DNA of 64,000 nucleotides from Candidatus Nomurabacteria bacterium (GTDB lineage: Bacteria; Patescibacteriota; Minisyncoccia; Phycocordibacterales; UBA918), in assembly GCA_020632015.1 (NCBI GenBank), contig JACKGI010000002.1:27121-91120 (forward strand). The letters run 5' to 3'. Both the position numbers and the translations under genes were made by a program. This document shows, piece by piece, positions 53,949 to 62,049 of the stretch. Positions within the stretch are counted from its first letter, which is position 1. The number at the start of each line of letters is the position of its first letter. The notes beneath the pieces were generated by a model that saw only the letters and a list, made by a program, of their open reading frames with translations, was not told the DNA's origin and did no database searches.

Positions 53949-55151
53949 ATGACAGAGATTCCAATTTCATTTGAGATTGTAAAACGACAGCCCGGCACTC
54001 TTGGTCGGGCTGGTGTTATTCATACGCCCCATGGAGATATAGAAACTCCTGCTTTTGTTGTGGTTGGAACAAAAGGAACAGTAAAAAGCCTAAAGCCAGA
54101 AGACATGAAAAGTTATGTCGGAAACCAAGTAGCTCTTGCTAATACTTATCATCTTTTTTTACAACCAGGTGACGATGTTGTTAAAGAAGCTGGTGGTCTA
54201 GCAAAATTTTCAAATTGGGATATGCCAACCATTACTGACAGTGGTGGTTTTCAGGTTTTTTCTCTTGGCGCTGCTTTTGGTAAAGGAGTAACTAAATTTG
54301 CCAAAGGAGAGACTGAAACAGTAAATGAAAAAGCAGGTCTGAATGTGTACTCAAAGAAACTCGCGGAGGATCATGGAAAGTTATGTGTAATTGATGAAGA
54401 AGGTGTGACTTTTACTTCACATATTGATGGCTCAATGCACAGGTTTACGGCAGAGCGCTCAATTGATATCCAGCACAATATTGGAGCCGATATAATCATA
54501 GCTTTTGATGAGTGCACCAGCCCAACTGCTGACAAGGCTTATCAAAAAGAAGCTATGGACCGCACTCATCGTTGGGCTAAGCGCAGTATCATGGCACACA
54601 AGCAGAACTATGAAGCTTTGAAAAGACAGGGTTTGTACGGTGTGGTACAGGGCGGACGTTATTTGGATTTACGAGAAGAAAGTGCTCGTGTTCTTTCAAA
54701 TATGGATTTCGATGGCTTTGGCATAGGCGGATCCTTCTCAAAGGAGGATTTAGGAGACGCTCTTCGTATTGTTAACGAAAATCTCCCTGAAGATAAGCCC
54801 CGACACTTATTGGGTATAGGTGAACCAGAAGATATTACAGAAGGTGTGTCTTTAGGTTGTGACACATTTGATTGTGTTGCTCCAACTCGAATTGCCAGAA
54901 CAGGAACCATTTATGAGATGACAAATCAAGGTCATAAGCGAACCAATCTTTTAAATACCAAGTACCAACGTGATTTTTCAAAACCTGATGAATCTTGTGA
55001 TTGTTATGTGTGCACAAACTACACCAAAGCATATCTGGCGCATCTATTTCGCTCTGGAGAAATGCTTGGCCCACATTTAGCTTCTCTTCACAATCTTTAT
55101 TACATTGTTAATTTTACAAAAAAACTAAGGGAGCAAATACTGCTAAGCTAG
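53949..55151 (+). CDS. tgt: tRNA-guanine transglycosylase (queuine/preQ1 tRNA-ribosyltransferase family)
   Basis: GRAGVIHTPHGDIETPAFVVVGT, TDSGGFQVFSL, IIAFDECTS, GVVQGG, LLGIGEPEDI, FDCVAPTR, and the zinc motif CDCYVCTNYTKAYLAHL. ATG 53949 (1 nt after the FKBP stop) is preferred over the in-frame TTG at 53934. Confidence 0.9.
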   Translation: MTEIPISFEIVKRQPGTLGRAGVIHTPHGDIETPAFVVVGTKGTVKSLKPEDMKSYVGNQVALANTYHLFLQPGDDVVKEAGGLAKFSNWDMPTITDSGGFQVFSLGAAFGKGVTKFAKGETETVNEKAGLNVYSKKLAEDHGKLCVIDEEGVTFTSHIDGSMHRFTAERSIDIQHNIGADIIIAFDECTSPTADKAYQKEAMDRTHRWAKRSIMAHKQNYEALKRQGLYGVVQGGRYLDLREESARVLSNMDFDGFGIGGSFSKEDLGDALRIVNENLPEDKPRHLLGIGEPEDITEGVSLGCDTFDCVAPTRIARTGTIYEMTNQGHKRTNLLNTKYQRDFSKPDESCDCYVCTNYTKAYLAHLFRSGEMLGPHLASLHNLYYIVNFTKKLREQILLS

Positions 55152-55221
55152 TACTTTCAATTCAGATGAGAAGTTAAATAATTTACTTCTTTAATTCACA
55201 AATAAAAGCTATAGTACAAAC

Positions 55222-57249
55222 ATGAAATTCGAGATATCGACAGACAAAACTCCAGCTGGTGATCAGCCTCAAGCTATAGAAACCTTGGTTAAGGGAATAA
55301 AATCAGGTGAAATTCACCAGACTCTTTTAGGTGTGACAGGTTCAGGTAAGACTTTTACTGCTGCAAATGTTATTCAGCAAATTCAAAAACCCACTCTTGT
55401 TATTGCACATAATAAAACTCTTGCTGCTCAATTAGCTCAAGAGTATAGAGACTTTTTTCCCAATAATGCAGTTCATTACTTTGTTTCATATTACGACTAC
55501 TACCAACCTGAGGCTTATATGTCGACAAGCGACACTTATATTGAAAAAGAAGCTCAAATAAATGAAGAGATCGATCGCCTAAGACACGCTTCGACTCAGG
55601 CGCTACTTACTCGGAATGATGTAATTATAGTGGCGTCGGTTTCATGTATTTATGGTTTAGGTTCTCCTGAGCAATATAAAAAGAAATTGATAAAATTTTC
55701 TGTTGGTTACGAAACTACAAGGTCATTGATGCTTCGTACCTTAGTAGACATGCAGTTTGAACGAACAAACGCAGACCTAACACCAGCCTCATTCAGAGCC
55801 GTCGGAAACACAATTGAAATAATGCCTACAAACGAACGAGCAATTTATCGTTTAAGTTTTGCAGGAAACTCAATTAGTTCCATAACTAAGATAGATGAAG
55901 TTACAAGACAAATATTGGCTGACTTAGATGAATTCTACTTGTTTCCAGCTAAACATTTCGTTACGCCAGAAGAAGAAAGAAAGTTGGCTGTTCAGGATAT
56001 TGAGCTGGAACTGAAGGAGCAGTTAAAGAAGTTTAAAAAAGAAGGTAAATTACTAGAGGCAGAAAGACTAAAGAGGAGAACTCAGCATGACCTAGCACTC
56101 ATGAGAGAAGTTGGTTATTGTAATGGAATTGAGAATTACTCACGACACTTTGACCGACGAAAGGCGGGTGAGGCTCCGTATACATTACTTTCTTATTTTC
56201 CGCACAAGGAAGATGGGACTCCAGATTTTTTGACTATCATTGATGAGTCCCACGTTACTGTTCCTCAGCTAAATGGTATGTATGCTGGTGATAGGTCCCG
56301 CAAGGACAATCTTGTAGAGTTTGGGTTTAGGTTACCATCTGCAATAGACAACCGACCACTCAAATACGACGAAATTGATGAGCGTCTAGGCCAGAGAATT
56401 TATACTAGCGCCACACCAGGCAAGTATGAACTAGAAATGCTAAAGAAGCATAATCTAAAACCAGTGGAACAGGTAATTAGACCAACTGGTTTGATTGACC
56501 CAGAGATTGAGGTCAGGCCAATAGTTGAAAAAGGTGCGTATCCTGGTCAGATTAAGGATTTTATAGAGGAGGCAGAAAAGATAGTTAAGGGCGGAGCAAG
56601 AGTTTTGGTAACAACCTTAACAAAAAGAATGGCCGAGGACTTAGCAGAATTTTTGTCTGAGCGAAATTTAAGCACCAAATACATACACAGTGACGTCGAT
56701 ACGATTGAAAGAATTGAAATACTAACTGATTTTAGAAAAGGAAAGTTCGACTGTTTAGTCGGAGTAAACTTACTACGAGAGGGACTCGACCTACCTGAAG
56801 TTGAACTTGTGGCCATACTTGATGCAGATAAAGCTGGTTTCCTGAGAAGTGAGACAGCCTTAATCCAAACAATTGGTAGAGCCGCTAGAAATGTTAACGG
56901 TAGAGTTGTTTTATATGCAGACGAAATGACCCCAGCCTTAGAATATGCAATAGGGGAGACTAATAGAAGGCGCGAGAAACAAATAGCCTATAATAAAAAA
57001 CATGGTATTACACCCAAAACCATTATTAAAGAGATTAAGTCAATAGCAGATCAAATGCGTTCGGAACATGATGAGACCATTGATACGTTGTTGAAAATTG
57101 ACGTCGATTTGTACAAAAAAAATCCAAAAAAGGTACTAAAAGAAAAGAATCGACAATTGGAGGAAGCTGTCTCAATACTAGATTTCGAAACGGCTGCGAT
57201 AATCAGAGATGAAATAATCTATCTTGAGACGTTAGAGAGTAAGCAATAA
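55222..57249 (+). CDS. uvrB: Excinuclease ABC subunit B
   Basis: Walker A GVTGSGKTF, FVSYYDYYQPEAY, helicase motifs DESHVT and LVGVNLLREGLDLPEV, QTIGRAARN, and the C-terminal UVR motif FETAAIIRDEI. Confidence 0.95.
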   Translation: MKFEISTDKTPAGDQPQAIETLVKGIKSGEIHQTLLGVTGSGKTFTAANVIQQIQKPTLVIAHNKTLAAQLAQEYRDFFPNNAVHYFVSYYDYYQPEAYMSTSDTYIEKEAQINEEIDRLRHASTQALLTRNDVIIVASVSCIYGLGSPEQYKKKLIKFSVGYETTRSLMLRTLVDMQFERTNADLTPASFRAVGNTIEIMPTNERAIYRLSFAGNSISSITKIDEVTRQILADLDEFYLFPAKHFVTPEEERKLAVQDIELELKEQLKKFKKEGKLLEAERLKRRTQHDLALMREVGYCNGIENYSRHFDRRKAGEAPYTLLSYFPHKEDGTPDFLTIIDESHVTVPQLNGMYAGDRSRKDNLVEFGFRLPSAIDNRPLKYDEIDERLGQRIYTSATPGKYELEMLKKHNLKPVEQVIRPTGLIDPEIEVRPIVEKGAYPGQIKDFIEEAEKIVKGGARVLVTTLTKRMAEDLAEFLSERNLSTKYIHSDVDTIERIEILTDFRKGKFDCLVGVNLLREGLDLPEVELVAILDADKAGFLRSETALIQTIGRAARNVNGRVVLYADEMTPALEYAIGETNRRREKQIAYNKKHGITPKTIIKEIKSIADQMRSEHDETIDTLLKIDVDLYKKNPKKVLKEKNRQLEEAVSILDFETAAIIRDEIIYLETLESKQ

Positions 57250-57298
57250 CTGTGAGTTATTAATGTATTGAGGTTACACTAGTGATAATATTAGTATT

Positions 57299-58105
57299 AT
57301 GTCAGTACTTACTAACAAGCGGGTTCTTTTTGTCGGAAATCCAAATCACCAAGTTGATTCTTTGATAAGCGAGCTCGAAGCAAGGGGTGTAGAAGTTAGT
57401 AAGCAAGAGTGCTCGACAGTTTCTACGGACTTAGTTAGTGATGATAAGGTAGATTTAATTATTTTAAATCACGAGCATGCAGACGATGTGTGTTCTGGAG
57501 CTCAAACTCTTCTCACTAGCAAAGAGGTTGCACCGATTCCTCTTTTTGCAGTTGTTAGAGATAATCCAGACGATATACAAAAAGTACTGTCTGAGGGTGC
57601 TACAGACTACATTATTCCAACTGAATCTGTTGACTCAATTATTCAAAAAATTGAGGCTGTATTTGATGAAGGAGATATATTCTCTGGCAGTGCATCCATC
57701 GATATTTCACCATTAAAGGCAGATGTGTCCGCGACTGGAATTAGAGTCTATGTAGTCGAAGATGATCCGCTCTTAAGAAACCTTTTGTCTATTAGACTAG
57801 ATAAATCTTCTTTCCCGTTCGAGTTTAGTAAGGATGGCAATGACATTGTTCCAATCCTTAAGCAGTTCAAACCAGATGTAATTATTCTAGATCTTATGTT
57901 ACCTGGTAAAAGTGGTTTCGACGTACTTGCTGAGCTTAAGTCAGATGAGTATACAAAAGACGTTCCAGTAATCGTTTTTTCAAACAGAGATGGAGCAGGA
58001 GACAGAACACGTGCAAAGGAACTGGGAGCCTCAAGCTTTTATGTAAAAGCTATGACAGATCTGTCTGAACTTGTTGAGACAATTGAAACTATAGCTAAGA
58101 AGTAA
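57299..58105 (+). CDS. Stand-alone tandem-receiver protein: degenerate N-terminal pseudo-receiver + canonical C-terminal receiver, no output domain
   Basis: The C-terminal half has VYVVEDD, DVIILDLMLPGKSG, VIVFSN and FYVKA (acidic pocket, phospho-Asp, S/T, K). The N-terminal half has VLFVGNPN and DLIILNHEH at the equivalent positions, so its Asp residues are replaced. Confidence 0.8.
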   Translation: MSVLTNKRVLFVGNPNHQVDSLISELEARGVEVSKQECSTVSTDLVSDDKVDLIILNHEHADDVCSGAQTLLTSKEVAPIPLFAVVRDNPDDIQKVLSEGATDYIIPTESVDSIIQKIEAVFDEGDIFSGSASIDISPLKADVSATGIRVYVVEDDPLLRNLLSIRLDKSSFPFEFSKDGNDIVPILKQFKPDVIILDLMLPGKSGFDVLAELKSDEYTKDVPVIVFSNRDGAGDRTRAKELGASSFYVKAMTDLSELVETIETIAKK

Positions 58106-58123
58106 TGTTGCTCTATTTTTACT

Positions 58124-60622
58124 ATGCCTGCTGAAAAAAAACAAAAAACCGCAAAGACTGCTCCTAAAAAAAGGGCTGTAAAAAAAGTTGCTAAAAAAGT
58201 TGCGAAAAAAACAACTAAAAAAATTGTTAAGGGAGATTCTCCTTCAAATAAAACAACAGCGCCACGAAAGACAGCCAAGAAGGTAGTCGCTAAGAAAAAG
58301 AGTGTTACAAAAAAGGACGCAGAACAAAAGAAACCCAAAGATAAATCACTTGTACAAGAGACAGTTAATCTGCCATCTGGCATGAGTATTAAAGCAGTTA
58401 ACAAGTCACTGGCACTTAAGAAAGAGCTCAGTGACTACATAAATCGCTCTGTTTACATCGTCGCTTACGTGTCGGCAATCTGCTTTATTTTGGTGGGTTC
58501 TTTTGCAGCTTTTTCTGAATTATTTACCGAAGGTACTATTAGAGCAACACAAAAGGCAGAAATTATTTCAGCTTCTACAACTGTATTACTCACGCCACAA
58601 GTTGATATATTAACAAGTATTCCTGGAAATATAGAAGGCGAGTTTAAGTTAAACTTTTCTGCACGGAACGTTGGATCCGTACGTGCTTTTTTGAGGTCTA
58701 ACGAAACTGGACTCACTATCCCGCTAGACATGGAACCTCTTTTAGATGGAAAGTACCGCGTTAGGTTTTCTTCTAACCTTGGAGTAGGTTACTACATGGT
58801 TAAGATTGTCTACACACCACTCGGGTCAGCACATGAGTCAGGATTAACCACGCGAACGTTTTTCCTAGGCTCTGAGAACGCTGAGTTTTTGTATAACAAC
58901 CCGCAAAAGCCAGCAAATGAACAGGTCGAAGAAGATAAAGAAGACGTAGAAGAGGAGGCTGATTCGGCTGAAGAGCAAAATGCTTCAGAAAAGGATTCAA
59001 GTCAGGAAACCGTTGAGAGGACACCATTAAAAATTGCTGAACCTGTATTACGAGAGGAGTCAGATTTCAAAAAAAACTCTACCTCGACTGAAGAAATAAT
59101 TTCTAAACCTGATTCTGAAAGTGAAGTTGAATCTAGATTAGAAGAAATCGAAAAGCCTTCTTCTTTGGAGTTAAGTACTAATAACGATGTCTTGTCAGGT
59201 CCATCTGTATTAAGTATCAAGACTGAATCAAGTTTTTCATTTATCGAGCTTTACGCAAGACCATTACACTCTCTGCAAGACAAGTTTGTAGCTTTGGCGG
59301 TCAGACGGACAACCGGATGGGTATTCCCAATCAATACAAGCAATCTTCCGAATGGTGACTACGAATTTACAGCTAAAGCAAAAAGTAATGGAAAAGCTGT
59401 CACATCAAACTCACTACAAATATCAATTAAGAACTCTTCTACTGTTCCTAAAATAGCAGAGCTGGAAGAAAAACTTGATGAACAAATGCTTGACGACCAA
59501 TCTGAGGTTTTTGATACTGAACCGCTGAGACCTAATAGACCATTTGCTGAGAGTGTAAAGGAGGAATTTGATCCAAATTTATCAGTTAAATCAGACGTAG
59601 AGAGGAAAGCCAATCAGTTGCTCAATGAGGATTCAGAAGAACTAGACAGCTTACTGAAGCGTTATGCTGTGGCTCTTCAGTCTGGAGACTCAGTGTTAAT
59701 AGCAACTGCTGAAAGCGATCTTAAAAAGCGACGTGAATCCATCGTTTTAAAAACTCTTCAAGATGAGGCTACTAAGGATATCTCCGACAACATCGACGTA
59801 GATCTTAAATTCAAGTTTGAAGTATTGCAACAGAAAGTTAGAACCTTTGAAGAAATTAGAAAGGAAAAAACTAGTGGTAACACATCTAAGGATACAGACG
59901 GAGATGGTATTTCAGATTTTGATGAATTAAATTTGTACCAAACAGATCCTGCATCACCCGATACTGATAACGATGGTATCAACGATGGTATCGAAATTAT
60001 GAAAGGCTTCAATCCACGTGATGAAAAGCCAGAAGCTTTAATTGTATTTGAATCACCAAAAGAAGTTAGAAATCTTCAAAGAGATGATGTGCTAAGAGTA
60101 GAGTCTGTCGTCCCAATGGTTGAGGCAAAAAGTAATTCAGATAAAGAAGCGCCTGTTAGAGCTGAAATCAGAGGAACTGCTCTCCCAAACAGCTTCGTAA
60201 CTCTTTACATCTTTAGTAGCCCTACTGTGGTCACGGTAAAAACTGACGACACAGGAGCATTTGTTTATACTTTTGACAAAGAGCTAGAAGATGGCCTACA
60301 CGAAGTATATGTTGCTGTCACTGACAATACTGGTTCAATTATTGCTCAAAGTAACCCATTCTCATTCGTTAAAGAGGCGCAGGCCTTTTCTCCAATTGAT
60401 TCTGATAGTGAATTTGTAACAAATAGTTACCCTGACGTTTCGCCTGTAAACACCTCTTACAACCTTGCGATTGGTTTAGCAGTACTTTCACTTGGAATTA
60501 TTTTGCTAATGCTTGGAATTGGTTTGAGAACTAAAGAGCAAGAATTAGAAGCAGTGTCAGTTAGCGATGAGGACGGCATTACTATAACCGACAACACCGT
60601 AAAAACAGACGAAGATAAATAG
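58124..60622 (+). CDS. Bitopic/bipolar membrane protein: Lys-rich histone-H1-like N-terminal tail, TM, large extracytoplasmic region with acidic stretch, Asp-rich Ca-binding-type repeats and an Ig-like domain, C-terminal TM
   Basis: aa 1-80 are KK(A/V).KK repeats (PKKRAVKKVAKKVAKKTTKK...). TM YIVAYVSAICFILVGSFAAF. DTDGDGISDFDE and DTDNDGINDGIE lie at about 59890-59995. Ig-like RAEIRGTALPNSFVTLYIFSSP..VKTDDTGAF. C-terminal TM AIGLAVLSLGIILLMLGIGL. Confidence 0.8.
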   Translation: MPAEKKQKTAKTAPKKRAVKKVAKKVAKKTTKKIVKGDSPSNKTTAPRKTAKKVVAKKKSVTKKDAEQKKPKDKSLVQETVNLPSGMSIKAVNKSLALKKELSDYINRSVYIVAYVSAICFILVGSFAAFSELFTEGTIRATQKAEIISASTTVLLTPQVDILTSIPGNIEGEFKLNFSARNVGSVRAFLRSNETGLTIPLDMEPLLDGKYRVRFSSNLGVGYYMVKIVYTPLGSAHESGLTTRTFFLGSENAEFLYNNPQKPANEQVEEDKEDVEEEADSAEEQNASEKDSSQETVERTPLKIAEPVLREESDFKKNSTSTEEIISKPDSESEVESRLEEIEKPSSLELSTNNDVLSGPSVLSIKTESSFSFIELYARPLHSLQDKFVALAVRRTTGWVFPINTSNLPNGDYEFTAKAKSNGKAVTSNSLQISIKNSSTVPKIAELEEKLDEQMLDDQSEVFDTEPLRPNRPFAESVKEEFDPNLSVKSDVERKANQLLNEDSEELDSLLKRYAVALQSGDSVLIATAESDLKKRRESIVLKTLQDEATKDISDNIDVDLKFKFEVLQQKVRTFEEIRKEKTSGNTSKDTDGDGISDFDELNLYQTDPASPDTDNDGINDGIEIMKGFNPRDEKPEALIVFESPKEVRNLQRDDVLRVESVVPMVEAKSNSDKEAPVRAEIRGTALPNSFVTLYIFSSPTVVTVKTDDTGAFVYTFDKELEDGLHEVYVAVTDNTGSIIAQSNPFSFVKEAQAFSPIDSDSEFVTNSYPDVSPVNTSYNLAIGLAVLSLGIILLMLGIGLRTKEQELEAVSVSDEDGITITDNTVKTDEDK

Positions 60623-60638
60623 AGAAGTCTTGTAATAC

Positions 60639-61991
60639 ATGATATCTAAACTACTACTAGCATTAGAAAAAGGGATTACCGTCATGCGTTCAAATTCTAG
60701 AATGTTGCTAGTGGCAATTCTAGTCTTTGTGTTTCCATTGCTATTTACTTGGTTGACGCACAGTTTTCTAGCAACAGCTACTACAAACATCGAAACTGTT
60801 GATGGAAAAAGACTAGGTGCAATACATAAGGCTGTCTCAACTGTAATTTCCTACAACGAAACACAATCTGATTTTATCAATAATCTTCTAAGGGATTTAG
60901 TTGCTGACAACAAGCAGGACTTGGTAACGCTTCGAGTCCTTGTGGAGGGCGAAGATGGGTTTGAGGTGCTATATGCTGACGACACGTCTGTCATAGGAGC
61001 AAAACAGCCTATTAACCAGCATGTTTTGAATGCTGGGTTCACTGAAGAACGTGACTTTAATCGATTTGCTTTTACTTTTCAAGGGCAAAGAATTTGGCAT
61101 GGATACACTAAGGTCTCAACTCTGAAACGAGATTATTATATTTTTAGCGAACAAAACTTCACTGTTATTGATGGAATAATGTCCAACCGACAGATGCAGG
61201 CTTACTATGGTTTAACCGCCATTTTTGTATTTTTAATTGCTCTTGCGTACTGGTTAAATAAGCAAGTTGATTGGCACAGAAAATACGTCACGCTCTCGGC
61301 ACAACTAAAAGAGAGGGATTTATTCTCAAATATGATTGCCCATGAATTCCGTGCACCGCTAACTGCAATTAAAGGTTATGCGAGTTTTCTGCAGGACGCT
61401 AAAGAAATAAGCGACGAGGAAAAACGCTACGTATCAATTATTCGTTCACAAGCAGAAAGGCTAGTGCTACTAGTAAATGATTTCCTTGAAGTGGCGAGAT
61501 TGCAGTCAGGAAAAATGAAACTACAAAATGAAACTATAGACATTAGAGAGATAATAATTGCTGTCACAGAAGACCTAAAGATTACCGCAAAAGAAAAAGG
61601 ATTAGAGCTTAAGTATAATCCTGGAGCCGTGAAGATCTTTATTGAAACAGACAAAAATAGACTTACTCAAGCTTTAATAAATATAATAAACAACGCAATT
61701 AAATACACTGAAAAGGGTCAAATAGAGGTATCGTGTACACAGAAAAATGATGAAATCAAAATTCGTGTCATGGATACTGGGGCGGGTATTAGTGCTGAGG
61801 ATCAAAAGAAGCTTTTTGCACCTTTTGAAAGAGTTGGTGGTGCCGAAGATTCTGAAAAAACTGGGACAGGATTGGGTATGTACATCACAAAAAAGTTGGT
61901 TGTTTTACTAGAAGGCAGTATTAGCGTTGAATCTATAGAAGGTGTAGGTTCTCACGTGGTTTTAAACTTCAAAGCTAAATCATTGCGATAA
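60639..61991 (+). CDS. Sensor histidine kinase (two TM, extracytoplasmic sensor, DHp + HATPase_c)
   Basis: TMs MLLVAILVFVFPLLFTWL and LTAIFVFLIALAYWL. H-box FSNMIAHEFRAPLTAIKGY, N-box INNAIKYT, G1 DTGAGI, G2 GTGLGM. Confidence 0.9.
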   Translation: MISKLLLALEKGITVMRSNSRMLLVAILVFVFPLLFTWLTHSFLATATTNIETVDGKRLGAIHKAVSTVISYNETQSDFINNLLRDLVADNKQDLVTLRVLVEGEDGFEVLYADDTSVIGAKQPINQHVLNAGFTEERDFNRFAFTFQGQRIWHGYTKVSTLKRDYYIFSEQNFTVIDGIMSNRQMQAYYGLTAIFVFLIALAYWLNKQVDWHRKYVTLSAQLKERDLFSNMIAHEFRAPLTAIKGYASFLQDAKEISDEEKRYVSIIRSQAERLVLLVNDFLEVARLQSGKMKLQNETIDIREIIIAVTEDLKITAKEKGLELKYNPGAVKIFIETDKNRLTQALINIINNAIKYTEKGQIEVSCTQKNDEIKIRVMDTGAGISAEDQKKLFAPFERVGGAEDSEKTGTGLGMYITKKLVVLLEGSISVESIEGVGSHVVLNFKAKSLR

Positions 61992-62010
61992 ATCATGTTA
62001 TCCGTATAAT
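61983..62010 (+). promoter_or_regulatory. Candidate sigma-70-type promoter for uvrA
   Basis: -35 TTGCGA (61983-61988), a 16-nt spacer and -10 TATAAT (62005-62010). It is followed by SD GGAGG (62036-62040), 9 nt before ATG 62050. Confidence 0.45.
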
Positions 62011-62049
62011 TAGCTTTCAACCTTCACCCACACGTGGAGGCGGATTAAT

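Noticed and set aside
58039-58404. 121-aa minus-strand ORF rich in Phe/Leu
   Set aside because: It is antisense to the Lys-rich (AAA/AAG) N-terminal region of the 58124 gene. The poly-Phe/Leu translation is simply the complement of Lys codons.
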